NCBI GenBank assembly: GCA_036172245.1 | Contig: JAYWIR010000057.1 | Coordinates: 558,001-622,000, forward strand | Length of the DNA: 64,000 nucleotides | Direction: 5' to 3' | Origin: Raillietiella orientalis | Lineage: Eukaryota | Shown here: one piece after another, positions 15,801 to 27,960 of the stretch | Numbering within the stretch: the first letter of the stretch is position 1 | How the letters are laid out: every line of letters starts with the position of its first letter | The notes under the pieces: model-generated | Seen by the model: the letters and a program-made list of their open reading frames with translations, nothing else | Told to the model about the DNA's origin: nothing | Databases searched by the model: none | Translations under genes and position numbers: made by a program

Positions 15801-18399
15801 TCCCTTCCCTCTCCTTCTCTTCTTCCCTTCCTTCCCTCTTCCTTCTCCTCCTTCAGCCTCACTGCATGGTAGAAGCGAACGAGATGGCACTTTGTTAGCT
15901 TTCGGGAGATCCTGAAAATTTGCTGCTGAAGGCAATCAAAGCTGCCGTCTTCCGTGCCGCTTCTGATCCGTTCCTTACCATCTTCTCACGTGGTCCAGCG
16001 CGACTTCAGGGTGTGCTTTTGTGTGCTTTCCTTCCTCCGAAAGCATCTCTTCGCAGTAACAGGCGATGAAACCCACCGCAGACTGACATTCTCTTCAGGT
16101 GATGGGCTACTCACCCAAACCGACTGAACTCTTCGAGATCCCTCGCATCAGGTAATTTCGTTGCAGCTTCCTCCACTCTGCACCAGTTCAGACTGCGATC
16201 CCTCCCATCGTCTGCCTCGCCAGGGGTTCCCTGCGAGCTCTACTTCCGCCCGAAGTTCTCCTCCACTCTGATGCTGCTGTTCTCCACTCCTCTCGAGCGT
16301 GCTTGCTTCACAAGATCACGCAGCACAATGGTGATACGATGACTTTGGTGTGACTGCAGCATCCCAGTGTTAATAAGCCGTAGTGGTTGATAAGATGAAT
16401 GGATGAGAAAACTTTCACATCCTCTCAGACAACACGGAAAAATTCGCTCCTCGATCGGCTAGGGTCGAAGAATATCGAACTTGCCGGATTCCTGGACTCT
16501 TGAGCGGCGAACCGCGATCTTTCAGGAGGAAAATTCCACAGAAGATGCTGCTTCAGCATCCCTCACTTTATCCTCCATGCTGGGAGAAAAGGAAAAGGAC
16601 ATCTGACAGGAGCACAAAGCAGCTTCCCGCATTAGTATTACTACTCGCCACTTCATATCAAGATGTGATGCTGCGGTTTTCTAAACAGCTTTTGCTAGAG
16701 AGGAGCGAAGCTAAGGTGCCAAGGAAGGAAACCAAGGAATGCCTCCAAGAAAAACAACATATCAAGACTAGAAGATTTGTTCAATTACTTATGCTCCGCT
16801 GCTAGTAATAGCCTTCCAAAAGAAATGCTTGAAAACCTAGTAAGAGAATATAAGGATGCTGCTAATTTATTTAAAGATTATTATCTTTTATTTAAAGATT
16901 ACCTGATTGAACGCAATGTTTTTAAGATTCTATTCTCTATAGACTTCCATCTATCAGATATATGGGTGGGCAGGTAAGTTTGCCGTTTTCTTATGGAAAA
17001 AAAAGAGAAAGAAATAATCAGAAAATCAGAAGAATCACAAATACTTGAAATTACAGCTCCACATATGTTGTTGTTGCTGCTTTGGGAAGGCATCAGATGT
17101 TCGAATAAAGGTGGCTCGACGTTCACTCTTAGGTTAATAGGCAAAGGCAAATGCTTTTGCCTATTTTTTTATTTTCCCCCTCTCCAACTGCTTCTCAGTA
17201 TACTCCGGATAATCTGAGTTGAGCGACTATTCTTTTCCAAAGTAGCCATGTTGTGAGTGGCCAATATTTGACCACTGCAGTCTCCAGAAAGGGTGTATAA
17301 AAAAAAATACACCAAGGACAGCGAAAAGCAGGGCAGTTTTACGATGAGCTGCAAGAAGCAAGAAGTCTGTTTTCTAAGGCGGTGCACGGTTCAGTTTTCT
17401 GGAAGACAAAGCATCCCGGAGTACCAAAAAAAAGCATACTGCACTCGTCTCTAGCACGTTCTCGAAGATTGATTTGAAACCAGGACGAAGAAGGAAAACC
17501 GAGAAGAGGCAATTACTTGGAATTGTTTCTCATCTTCGGAGCGTTCAACAAACCCTTCATGGTCATCTGAAATAAATGCCGAGCATGGCGAGGTGTGTCC
17601 GTCTCGATGGAAAATCAGCGTTCTCCGACCGAAGGTCAGCTGTCCACTTTGAAGACAAGTCGATCCGTTTTCCAGCTGCACTCCAGCAACCCCACAGAAC
17701 TGACCATGTATCTAGAAAGGTATGCTCCTAGAAACCAGAAAGCGCATCACCTGGAACGAATCAATAAAAGATTGTGCAGACTTGGACGTAGCAGTTCGAA
17801 AAAGAAGAATCGGGAAAGTTGGAGTTCAAAATTGGGGGCATCTAGAAGCTCAAAGACCTTTTCGACTCCTCAGGTTAGGTCGTACCAAGGTATCCTCAAG
17901 GCGTTTTTGCGGAGAAACAATGAGTAACAAAGTGACCAAATGCAAAATGGCAGATCTACCGTTGGAGGTGAACACCGAATCCTCTCTGCACGAGCCTCCA
18001 GCCGATGCAGAAAGAGCCGACTGCTTTTCTGAGACGTGGGCACGAAGAAGCTGATATAATTGCACGTTGCTTCTCGGAGGCAAGAGGTACCACAAGAATA
18101 TTTGGAACCACACCATAGGATATTTGGCAGATTCATGCCCCTTCATCGAAACAGCAGCTTCCATGCATAAGCAAATGACATCGTGGCCTCTCACTTGTCA
18201 CTTCCTCTTCAAGAGCTGGATTTCAGGTGTACTGAAACCCAGCACTACATTCGGATGCGGCACTGGTAACGGTTAAAACCGGATGCCCAGATGAGTGGCC
18301 GGAATTGGAAGTGGACCACCTGATCCTTCCAGGAAACAGAATCAAAAAGGGCTGTTCCCTTGGGGTTTCCCCTCCGGTTGTGCGAAAGAGCGGATCCCC

Positions 18400-18780
18400 C
18401 CCTTCTCCGTCTTTCCTTCAAGGGGGACCCTCCGTCTCGTACCACGGAGCTGGTGGAATGATGATATCTCTCCTGCGGCACGCTTTACTTCGAGGAATTT
18501 CGGAAGCATCCCTTCGGAATTCTCTTCAAAGAAGTAAACAGGAGCGATATACTTCACATAGCTTTCCTGTTTTCTTCCTCCTAGCTGTGCTGAACACTTC
18601 TCTTCCACCTTCGTAGGCAGCAGGTGTCCAACACCATTATCCTATTTCCTTTCCTCATCATTAGGTCCGGTCTTAAGGGAGAAGCCGTTCACTGATGGTG
18701 CTCTCTGGCAAGTAAACACAAGGGTGCACTTTGCCTCATCCACCGCAGCCATGCTGATTTCTCTATGCTCCTGATTGAAG
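18400..18780 (-). mobile_element. NeSL/Utopia-like retrotransposon 3' fragment (RLE endonuclease), decayed
   Basis: SLRPDLMMRKGNRIMVLDTCC/YEGGREVFSTARRK (PD..D..E..K RLE core). Clear nucleotide similarity to the copies at about 21.4-22.5 kb and 37.2-37.7 kb. Confidence 0.8.
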
Positions 18781-21344
18781 TCCTGCCCTTCTTAACCAAG
18801 AGCATTGCAAACCTAAACCTTGCAAACCAAGAGCGTCGTCATTGATTTGTGGAAGCTCCTGAACCAGAACCCTGTCTCCTGCTGCTGAATACAGTACACT
18901 CCGTATAGCTTGTTTGTTCAACTGCCAGATTTTTCAGTACTCTGAATATCTACGGATGCCGAGAGCTCTTCTTGATAGCTTTTCACGAAGTCTTAAGCAT
19001 AGGTCATTACTCAATCCGGAGCTTACTGTTGATGGAATGGTTCACCTCCTGAACTCTGTGGGGTGGGGTAAATTGGACCTCCTGCAAGTGGACGGAAATA
19101 AGGAGTGTTCATTCCAGGTTGCACAGGATATGTTGGAACATTGGGATCTGCATGTGTAGGATACGCTGATCCCGGTTGCTTTGGTGGAAAAGGATCTACG
19201 TTTTCCAACTGGAGTGTATGAAGCAGTGGGGATATTCTTGTAGTATGTCTTCTGAAAATGATGCATCAATGATTTCATGCCATAGCACCAAACAGATCAT
19301 GGACACCAATTTTCATATCAATGAATTATTTGATAGATCAAAAAAAAAAAATCATACGGAAACATTCCTCTCCTGATGAAATCAAGTTAATTACCAGGGA
19401 AAAAAATTCATATGAAGAAATAGAAAAAACTCAGCAGGAGTGTATGAGGATCAGTCTCACTCTCAGAAGATGGATCTGTAAAAGGGACCAGAGTAAATGC
19501 CACAGATTAAGGATTCGATTGACCAGAACTTTTGGGGGGGGGTTATAAGTCGATATCCTACATTGGCAGCATACGGAAAGACGAAAGGGCCGTCCTGGTT
19601 TCAACGATCTCAAACTGATCCGTTCGGGAACAGCAGTGCTCATTTAAGAAGGTGATCTCAGTACTGCATACCAAGATTTCATCATTTTTTTCCGTAAAAA
19701 GCAAACAGACACGCGTCTTGGATAATTTGATTGCGAGGCAGTAATTATGAGATCTTCCGTTCTCGACTTCTTCCCGTGCCTCTTAATCCGACAGAAAAGT
19801 TGTCGCCCCACTTCAGTGTAGGCTGCTACTGGCAAAGTATGGTGGTGACGTCATACGGAAAGATGTGACCAGGGAATCGCTCCATATCGATAAACGTGAG
19901 TAACGTTATTTTCCTAAGGGAAGATTCAGCTAATCCATTATTTATAGGTGTGCACTAATTCACGTCCTCATCTCATTCATTAAGACGCCATGTTGTATGT
20001 TTAGTCCTCTAGCCTGACTGCTTTGCTTACCGTAATCACCTTTCCTGTGCTTCGTTCCTCTACCGATTCCGGTTCTTCCTCTCACGAAATGTGCATTGAT
20101 GTGTGCAAGTGCAGATCAGTTCTTGCCCGCTTCTAGCAGGCAAGAAGCAGAGAGAGGCAGGATGCACCAAGGTTGCTGGGGCAGTCGATTTGGTGAAGGC
20201 GTTCCCAGGATACTTCTTCTGCTCTATTCCAGGTGGTCAAATTTTCCTTCTTTCTCTCTTTGGGAAGAAATTTGGGAAGCAAAATCCCCTCCAACTATTC
20301 CGTATCCTGTGACGCATGCTTAGGAAGAAGACCGTTCTTCCACAGTTCGTTCAATTTCTGTGTCTCCTTCCTGATGACTCGTTGGGAAAAGGTCGCGGGA
20401 ATTCTTCCTTCATCAGGTACGTTTTCCGAAATGCGTTGCAGACAACGAGATCAAAATCAGTTCAATGTTGCTGCCTAATGTACAGCATCTGCGTATATCA
20501 CCCCGATGCGGACATGGGCAGAGCGTTTTCTGCAAATTTGGTGCCTGTCAGCGCATTTGACTTTGCTTCCTTTCTAAAGCACACTGTCCTACTCATGAGC
20601 ATCAGGAATCATGCACCCGGGCACCGTCATTTACTTTGGTCTCACAGAGCACCAAATGCACTCGTTTTCCCCATCTCCCTCAGTGCACATGGCAGGGACT
20701 TCCATAGCAGCATCGACGCTTGGAACACTTGACACTAACACTTTTCATGCACTTAGCATTCTTCTTCGCTAGAAGCCCAATTTCAAGGTGTAGCTTAAAT
20801 CTGGGTGAGGTTCATGCTATCACCAATGCAGCCTATCTTGAGGAACAGGTCCTCTCAGAAGCTCTTGGTTTTTCTTGGGAGAAAGGAGATCCGTGGTCTG
20901 CCTTGGGGGTTCCTAGAAATTAAAAAAAAAAAAGTCCAAAACCCCTTTAGTGAGGTTCTTTAGTGTACTCACGCATCTTGGCAGCGAAATTTCATTTCTT
21001 TGAAGTGATGTTTAAAGATCCTTATCCTTCTGCGCATTTTTGCTTAACATACGGTGTTTTTGGACTTTGGAAAGTGAAGTATCCAAGACCGCTAAGAATG
21101 CCAGATCTTGAGAGCCCATCCATGGCACTTCTCATGCGCTTGGGTGTCGAGCTGATGCAGAGTCAGTCTTCGACGCCTTTCTCTGAAATCACAGCTAAGC
21201 TCGCAGCGTTCCTTCCAACCTCCAAAAACAGACAAAAACAACGTGGTCGTGTTATAAGGTGAATTTCTGCCTTCGGAAGCACTTCGTGCAAAAGGATAGG
21301 AATTGTAAAATTCTGCTTTCCTTTTTGTTGCCAGGCAGCGAATT

Positions 21345-22570
21345 TTTATTGCTTAAATTTACAATTTAACATCTCGTTACAGGAGGAAACTCTTCACATT
21401 CTTCCGAGGTTCCTCATGTTTCCATCTCGGGAGCTCGTCGTTCTTCAGTCTGTGGCTTCCTGAGTGTCTTGTCCTTCGTCTCGCGAGAGTTGACCGCTGT
21501 GTCTGAGTTTCGGTCTCGTTGTTCCTCCCGTAACGTGGGCTGCGTAGATGTCCCTGGAGTACCGGATGAACGGAGCCACCATCCGGTGCCTCGTCTTCTC
21601 CGAGTGCTTTTTAGAAACTCCAAGATCCTGCAGCACCTTTCCGTTACCTGGGTCCCAGACCCCCAGAGCGCCAACGATGAGAACATGAACCTTGTATTGC
21701 TTCCCTCCTCTGCCTAGCTGGAGGACTACTTCCTTGTACTTTACCTGTTTTATCCTCCTAGCTGCTCTGAACTCTTTTCCTGCACCCTCCGTCCAGCACT
21801 GTTGTTTGACTTGCTTTCTTCAGTACTAGGGCTGGTTGCAAGAGGGATTCCGTTCCTGGAGCTCTCCAGTTGGTAGACACTAGGGTTCACTTTAAATAAA
21901 ATGATTGCTATGCGTAAGGGAATGTAGTTGAATTTGGTTATGTAAATATAAGAAGTATGTTTAGTAATGGATTATTGGGTTGTGTGGTTTGGAGATGTTA
22001 TAAGACTTTAATTTTAAGTTAATATTGGTTTTATAAAGTGTTTATGAGTGGAATATACTTAATAATAGTTCATGTGAAGTAGTGGTAATTAAAATGAGAT
22101 TGAGATTTTAAGTTTTATTTTTAAGATAAGTGTTTGGATTAATTAGTTATTTTTTATGTAGTAACGAAGGTTTATTTATTTTAATTTATTCTACAATAAT
22201 TGCTTCATCCACCGCAGTCATGCTGATCATCTCTTGAATCGCATTTTGTCACGCAACGGACAGATAAAAGTGCCTTCTACATTTGTTTAGTATATGAGCC
22301 AAAGTTTCGTCTTCTGTCCGGCAGCGCCGACATGCGCGTTCCTCTAGTTTCATCCTGGACCCAGCCCTGATTGGTAGAGGTTTAGTCGGGCTGCGTGGAT
22401 GAATCTGTAATCCTGGAACCTCAGGTAATCTCCATTGATGAGGAAAAAGGTTGAGGCATGGTGCATGCCCACACAATGCATGGCTTTCTGATGTGTTTCT
22501 GGACCAGGGATTGCCATGCGTGTTCCCCTCTGCAGTGCTCTCACGCCGGATGTAATTCTTCTCCTCATGC
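21345..22570 (-). mobile_element. NeSL/Utopia-like retrotransposon 3' part (CCHC zinc knuckle, RLE, 3' UTR), frameshifted and interrupted by an AT-rich insert
   Basis: Motifs NGDYLRFQDYRFIHAARLNL, CRRCRTEDETLAHILNKC, FRAARRIKQVKYKE and VGALGVWDPGN..LQDLGVSKK..RHRMVAPFIRYSRDIYAAHVTG. The 3' UTR ends near gcAATAAA at about 21345. Confidence 0.9.
21894..22199. other. AT-rich, strongly strand-skewed insertion, probable NUMT
   Basis: Abrupt AT-rich, C-poor (plus strand) block between gggttcacttt and tgcttcatccaccgcag. The paralogous element at about 18721-18750 has the uninterrupted site gggtgcactttgcctcatccaccgcag. Mitochondrial origin is inferred from composition only. Confidence 0.6.
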
Positions 22571-25259
22571 TGCCGCTGAAGATGACGCCGTTGACCGTTA
22601 TGTTGCGCTCTCTATCAGTAAACTTCCTGCGGGCTTTTCTTTTTCTCGAGGCTCTTTTTCCTTTGGATCATAGGCTCTCATAAAGTAAAAGTCTTCTTCC
22701 CTGGATCGCTTCTCTCCCTCGAAAACGTCCCTGGAAAGCTGAAGCACCGAAGGTAGAAGTAAGCACGACCATCTCACAGGAAATGCTGTCTCCGTTAAGG
22801 AAAACTTGCTTCATGTCAGCTTCCAAGACGAAAGCAACAACGAGTGACCTCTTGGTGAGTCCTCACTGCCGCTTACTGAGATGTCCTCCGGCGCATGAGC
22901 AAGAATCTCACACCATGCTATTACAAGGCGGAAAACAAAGTCAACCCGCTAATAGAAAGTAATCCAAGGGAGAACTTTTGTCCAGCCTGACTCGCCTGGA
23001 CGTTAACTCGTCTTACTCGAAATTAAGACAATGGAAACCTCGCAGATTTCATAGAGACTGGGGCTGCTGTCATGTCGCATCTGTCTTCCCGATTTCACAA
23101 CGAGGGATTCAAAGCTCAAACTGCCAGCTTTCGAGCAGTTCAAAAACTCTGTATGGCTACATTTCCTCCTTAACATGAGATTGCTTTCGGAAATTAAATT
23201 CAGCTTCCGAGCTGAGAAAAAGTTCAACATCCCCGGTAAACTTTCCCACTCACCAGATCTTCAGATCTGCATCTTCAGGGCTCGGCGTTGTGTTCTTGAC
23301 GTTTGATTCCTCACTTGAAACCAAGATCCAACTTTCTTATGAAGGTAAATTGCCATTTCCCGAACAACGCCTACAAAAACGACTTGATTTCACCAAACTC
23401 GTCCGAAGCAGACTTGCCAGCATCGATGTTGAAATCGGCAGAGCTGCCGCCGCTGATGGTTTCACAGCTCATTTTGTGATTCCAAGAGAATGTTTTCCTT
23501 TATTCTGGCCCCAATAAATGCCACATCTGGACATCGCAGTTCTTCGAACATTCCGAGTCCGTCTTTTGTGGACCTGCCGCTTTTGTTTAAGATGAGTAGA
23601 GTCCGTTGGGAACACAAGTTCAGCAGGACATAAAGCTTATTTCTTCGTTTAAATCCTGCACTTTGCTGTTTTCATCAATCATTCCATGAACAACCTCCTT
23701 GGCACCTAGTCCCACGGTGGAGGTAATTCCGTTGTCAGATGTCTTGAGGATCATGGTAGCCTTCAATGGAGGAAGAACTGTCTCATTCCCTGCAATGAAA
23801 TGCTACTGTGAGGTGTTCAGGATCTTCCGCGTTATTTGGCCACTCAGACCGAGAAATGGTTGCTGAGAAACTCCTCTGGACAATTTGTTGCTCATCTATT
23901 CTTTCAAGATGTCAGGTCACTTCGCAGAGAGTTTACTTTTCATCAAGTTTTTCAGAGCCGACTCTGTCGAAACATCGCAGGCTTGTTTAGAGCTGCCGAT
24001 GATGGCCATTCAGATCAGTTGCCGCAAAAGACAGAGAAATGACGCTCAAGTTTTGAAAAAGGCCAAGTTTCTTCTGGCGCGTCATTTAGTGGACTAATCG
24101 GTCGTACCATCACCATTCATTTAAGCCCTTTTTCTTATCTTTCATGTATCCATTGATCACATCAATAAATACTGTGTCGCAACGACGTTAGAATGCTCAG
24201 CTCCTCGACATCTTTAACGTTTCATTTGTAACGTGTGTGAAAAAAACAAAGTGAATCACAATAGGGGATCATATTCCATTCTTAATCCCTACTTATCTCC
24301 ATCAGCTTTCCTTTTGTCGTTCCAATGCCACCAACACAATTGCTGGCTTCCTAACATTAAATCTCGCTCTGCATCCTTTCATGGAGCTCGTAAAAGCTAT
24401 TGATTGGTTTTCAAATCTTTGTTCTCAAGAAATTCAGCTGCTTTTATTGTCGCTTCCTGCGGCCGCTGCTAGTGGGACCAGGAAATTTCAGTTCCAAACT
24501 GAGCACTTACAAAGTTATGACGAAAAAATCATTCAATGAAGGCTCTTCGCACTCGATGTCGCTTTTGAGAAACGAAACCCTAAATCTTGAGTTTCCAAAA
24601 CGACATCTCTTCCTTGGACGTTCTTTATCGTCACGTTTTTCGCTGCTTCCTTGATATCTGTACTTTAAATTAGAGTATCCCCCCCCCCCTTTTCTCCACA
24701 TAGAGGTCAGCGTGATCTGCAAAGCGTGCTTTATAGAAGATGCTCTTTAACCAGATTTCCGCAAGGTTCCGTTTCGAATCCGCTGCCTAGCAACCCGCTT
24801 GCGAATTTCTACTTGAATGCGCTAAACAGTCGCAGCATCCTTTCTTCCGACCTGCGAATGGATTTTCTGGTAATGACTCCAGAGAGGCATCTCTGCATTT
24901 AGCAGGAGAGTCATCTTTCGAGTGTAAGAATCATTGCGGTTGAAGATAAGTCCTTGAAAATGGAAGGAGTTTTCATTGTTTTAAAGATGAAAGGAGCTTG
25001 GGGATCCGCAGTTTTTGCACCTGTTGAGCTACATATACTCTGATGCACTCCGATTCGCAGGGAAGATCGGGAAAGCAGCGCGAAAAAAGTAACGATGAAG
25101 AACGTCCAGGGAAGCGAGTTGTTTCGGAAATCCCGACAACGGTGTCAATCCCGATTTCAGCTTCCGAAGGAGAGAACAGAGCATACAGAAAAAGAAGGAT
25201 GATTCGTGCTTTCAGTAGGTGTTGTTCGACATAGTGATGACTTAAAAGGTCGGTCACTA

Positions 25260-26200
25260 TCGTTCAAAGTTCATGAGAACGAGTATCGGGAGACATGGGA
25301 ACCACAAGGATGCTTCTGTTTTGCAATTCAGAAGATCTGTATACAAGTTGGCACTACCAGATGAAAAGGATAAACTGATGTCATGAAAGCAAGAATGTAC
25401 TATGTTCCAGTAAGATCTGAAGCCAAGGGTGCAGGCTGTGGAGATCAAGGCGTGATCGATGGTTCCCAGTAAAAGACGAGATGATACCTTCAATCTGAAA
25501 TGAAGCGAAGACAAGTTTTGTCCTTCTGTTTCCTTTATGGGATAGAAGGAGAGCATAAATACCGGCACTGCAAAAGTTTGCAGCCAAAACAATCTTGTGG
25601 TTGCGAGCAGAGGCGTTTCCAATAACCCGGAAGAAGAGAAACTAGCTTGCCTGCTTGAAAATAGAATGTGCCTGCTTTCAGATGGATGGAGGTTTCTAAT
25701 CCATGGAGTCGGCTGCGAGGAGTTCCTTCGAAGAGCTGGGTGTGCCTCAGTAGAAGATGAAATCCGAGTTGTGGGAACACTCAAGACAAGATTCAAATGA
25801 GGCTTATGTTCCCACTCAAATGAGAACGTGATGAACCTGGAGCTTCTTCAGTTGTGAAACACCGGTACCAACGAAGCAGGCAAGTAAGAGGAAGCTGTTT
25901 TGAAACATTACTCTGTAAGACCACCTCGGCAAGTTCTTTAGGCAATCTTAGCTTCAGATCGCCCACAAGCCACGAAATATAGGGGAAAGCAGGAGATAAG
26001 TGGCACGAGAGCATTTTTCGATCAATTTCGGAAAGAACACAAAAGGAGAATGGTGAGGGATGATTTAGACGCTTCAGTGGTTCGTCAGCTTCGTGGAAAA
26101 AGATCAAGAGGAATCTGCTTTGCAAGCTCATCCATAATTGGGAGCATAGGTAACAGTTGGAGATTGGAGAAGAGCCCGCTGGGACATCACTCCATCTTCA
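25260..26200 (+). mobile_element. Decayed non-LTR RT fragment
   Basis: Degenerate EDLYT, QG-like, FNL and (YAD)-LVVAS segments in the expected order, with many stops and frameshifts. Boundaries approximate. Confidence 0.5.
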
Positions 26201-27137
26201 GGTGACACTGTAGAACAGCATCATCAGCGATGTTCTTTCCACTAGAGAACGTATCGTAACAGTAATAAAGTGGTAACAGCAACAACTTATTATTGGATGC
26301 TGACAAAACATGGGAAATTTCCCAATTGGGATGCAGATAAATGAAGACCACAACATCATGTATTCATGTGTTCCTTTCGTTGTGTTTTGACTGATCATTC
26401 CTTACATCGGTTTTTAGCGTTTCTTTCTCTTCAGCTAGCGAAGCTGAAGATCGCATGTTTCCTCCTCCCCTCTTCACGTGTTGGCTTACTCCCCTTTGAT
26501 GTTCTTCCAGAGTTCTGATGCTCCCAGATGTGCTTTCCTCCTATTCCCCTTTAGCTATCCATTGTTAGCACCATCTCATAAGGTTAATCGCTTTATTTGT
26601 GTTCTTCCGGATTCGGAAACTCCCTCACATTTCACCCTCTCCGTCTGTATTAGCTACTTGGTAGAATTCAGAATGAGGGAAATTTTTGAACAGTTTTCCT
26701 GGGATCTTCAGGGCATTCGCTACTTTGGTTTTGTTTTTGTGACTTCATTCTTTATTTTTCATACTGAATTTCTGTGACCGGAGGGCTTGAAGCCTTTTGA
26801 TCTTTCCAGCGCAGATTTCCTTAAGAGTGCCGGGATAAGAGTGGCGAGCAAGAGTGCAGTCTCCTACAAGTCCACACACATTATTTCAACAGGCCTTTGT
26901 ACTTATTTTTTACAAAAACTGATTCGTTGAACGCAGATCTTGGGATTTGAAAGTACTATTCTTGGAGTTTTTTCATTTTTTTTAAAAAAGGTAGCATTCT
27001 GAGATCTTTTCCAGACTCCCAGTGATTTGCAGCACTTATGTTTCCTGTGCCCAACTGAACTTTCAGCTCTTTTTCGGATTTTTGTGTTTTGCCATCTTCC
27101 CTTTCTCCTCCATTTGATCCGAATATCAGGAATGTCG

Positions 27138-27205
27138 AACAACATTAGTCTCTGGTGAGGTTCGACCAGCTGAGGTGTCGAAACTCACCTGAGACTAATG
27201 TTGTT
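27138..27205. repeat. Near-perfect inverted repeat (68-nt hairpin)
   Basis: aacaacattagtctc-t-ggtgag-g-ttcgac [cagctgaggt] gtcgaa-a-ctcacc-t-gagactaatgttgtt: 29-nt arms, 2 mismatches, 10-nt loop. Confidence 0.9.
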
Positions 27206-27399
27206 TAGGGTCTTTTAGCGCGAATGACGAATCTGCTCGAGTGGAGGGCATTTTTGCAAGGATTCATCCTCCTTGTGGGTCTGCTGGACAAGTAGGCGAC
27301 TCTTTTTCATGCGCTCTCGACTGCTCCCGTACCAAAGGCGTAAGAGAGGATTCTGCCCTTCCCGGAGGACCGCCTGCTAACTCTGACTGAGAATTTTTG

Positions 27400-27960
27400 C
27401 CTACAAAATGAGCCACTGCGCAAAATGCAAATCGCAGGCGCGCTTGCAGTTCCACTCCTTCCCGGTGTTTCAAAAATACGTCTCCAGAGACTGATTGCCC
27501 ACGCCTACGTGAGCTTCTCTCCGATCGTTCAAGTGGCTCCTCCATGAACGAGCGGAGGGCAAGAGCAGCAGCGACGGAGACAGAAAGTTTCATTGGGCGG
27601 CTTCCGATATCCCCACTTAAAAGAAAGCTTCCGACGAGTGATGTTAAAAGACGGGTGAGATCCCGAGTGGAACAAAAAAGTCTCTAATCTCTGCGTGTGG
27701 TCTTCTCTTGGAACGGACGCTGAGCACCAGTTGGCCCAAACTCGAAACACCAGTGTTGGATCGAGTGTAGCTGTAACCACGTTTCGTATCCTGATCATCA
27801 ACTTTGCTGCCTGTTCTTTTCCGGAACCTTTTATGAATTCTGCGATGGAAAGGAGCTCCTCGATGAAGAATACGACCCCTGCGGTCCTTGATAAAAGCAA
27901 CTGAAGAAGAAATGAGCGAAACCAGCATGGCAAAGTGACGGACTCCAGTCCCACGTTAAC
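27400..27960 (+). mobile_element. Decayed non-LTR RT fragment
   Basis: Degenerate W..L.N..GS, FPEPFM and SPTL (QGxPLSP-like) segments. A related antisense remnant lies near 44.0-44.2 kb. Confidence 0.4.

Noticed and set aside
16620..16980. Exon-like AT-rich stretch ending in cag|gtaagt
   Set aside because: No recognisable product or partner exons, and it contains a local tandem duplication.
24090..24380. Possible nad2 NUMT (MPP..GFL-like segment)
   Set aside because: Motif similarity is too short and depends on frameshifts.
26350..26700. Possible nad3 NUMT (PFxCxFD-like segment)
   Set aside because: Needs several assumed indels and cannot be supported without an alignment search.
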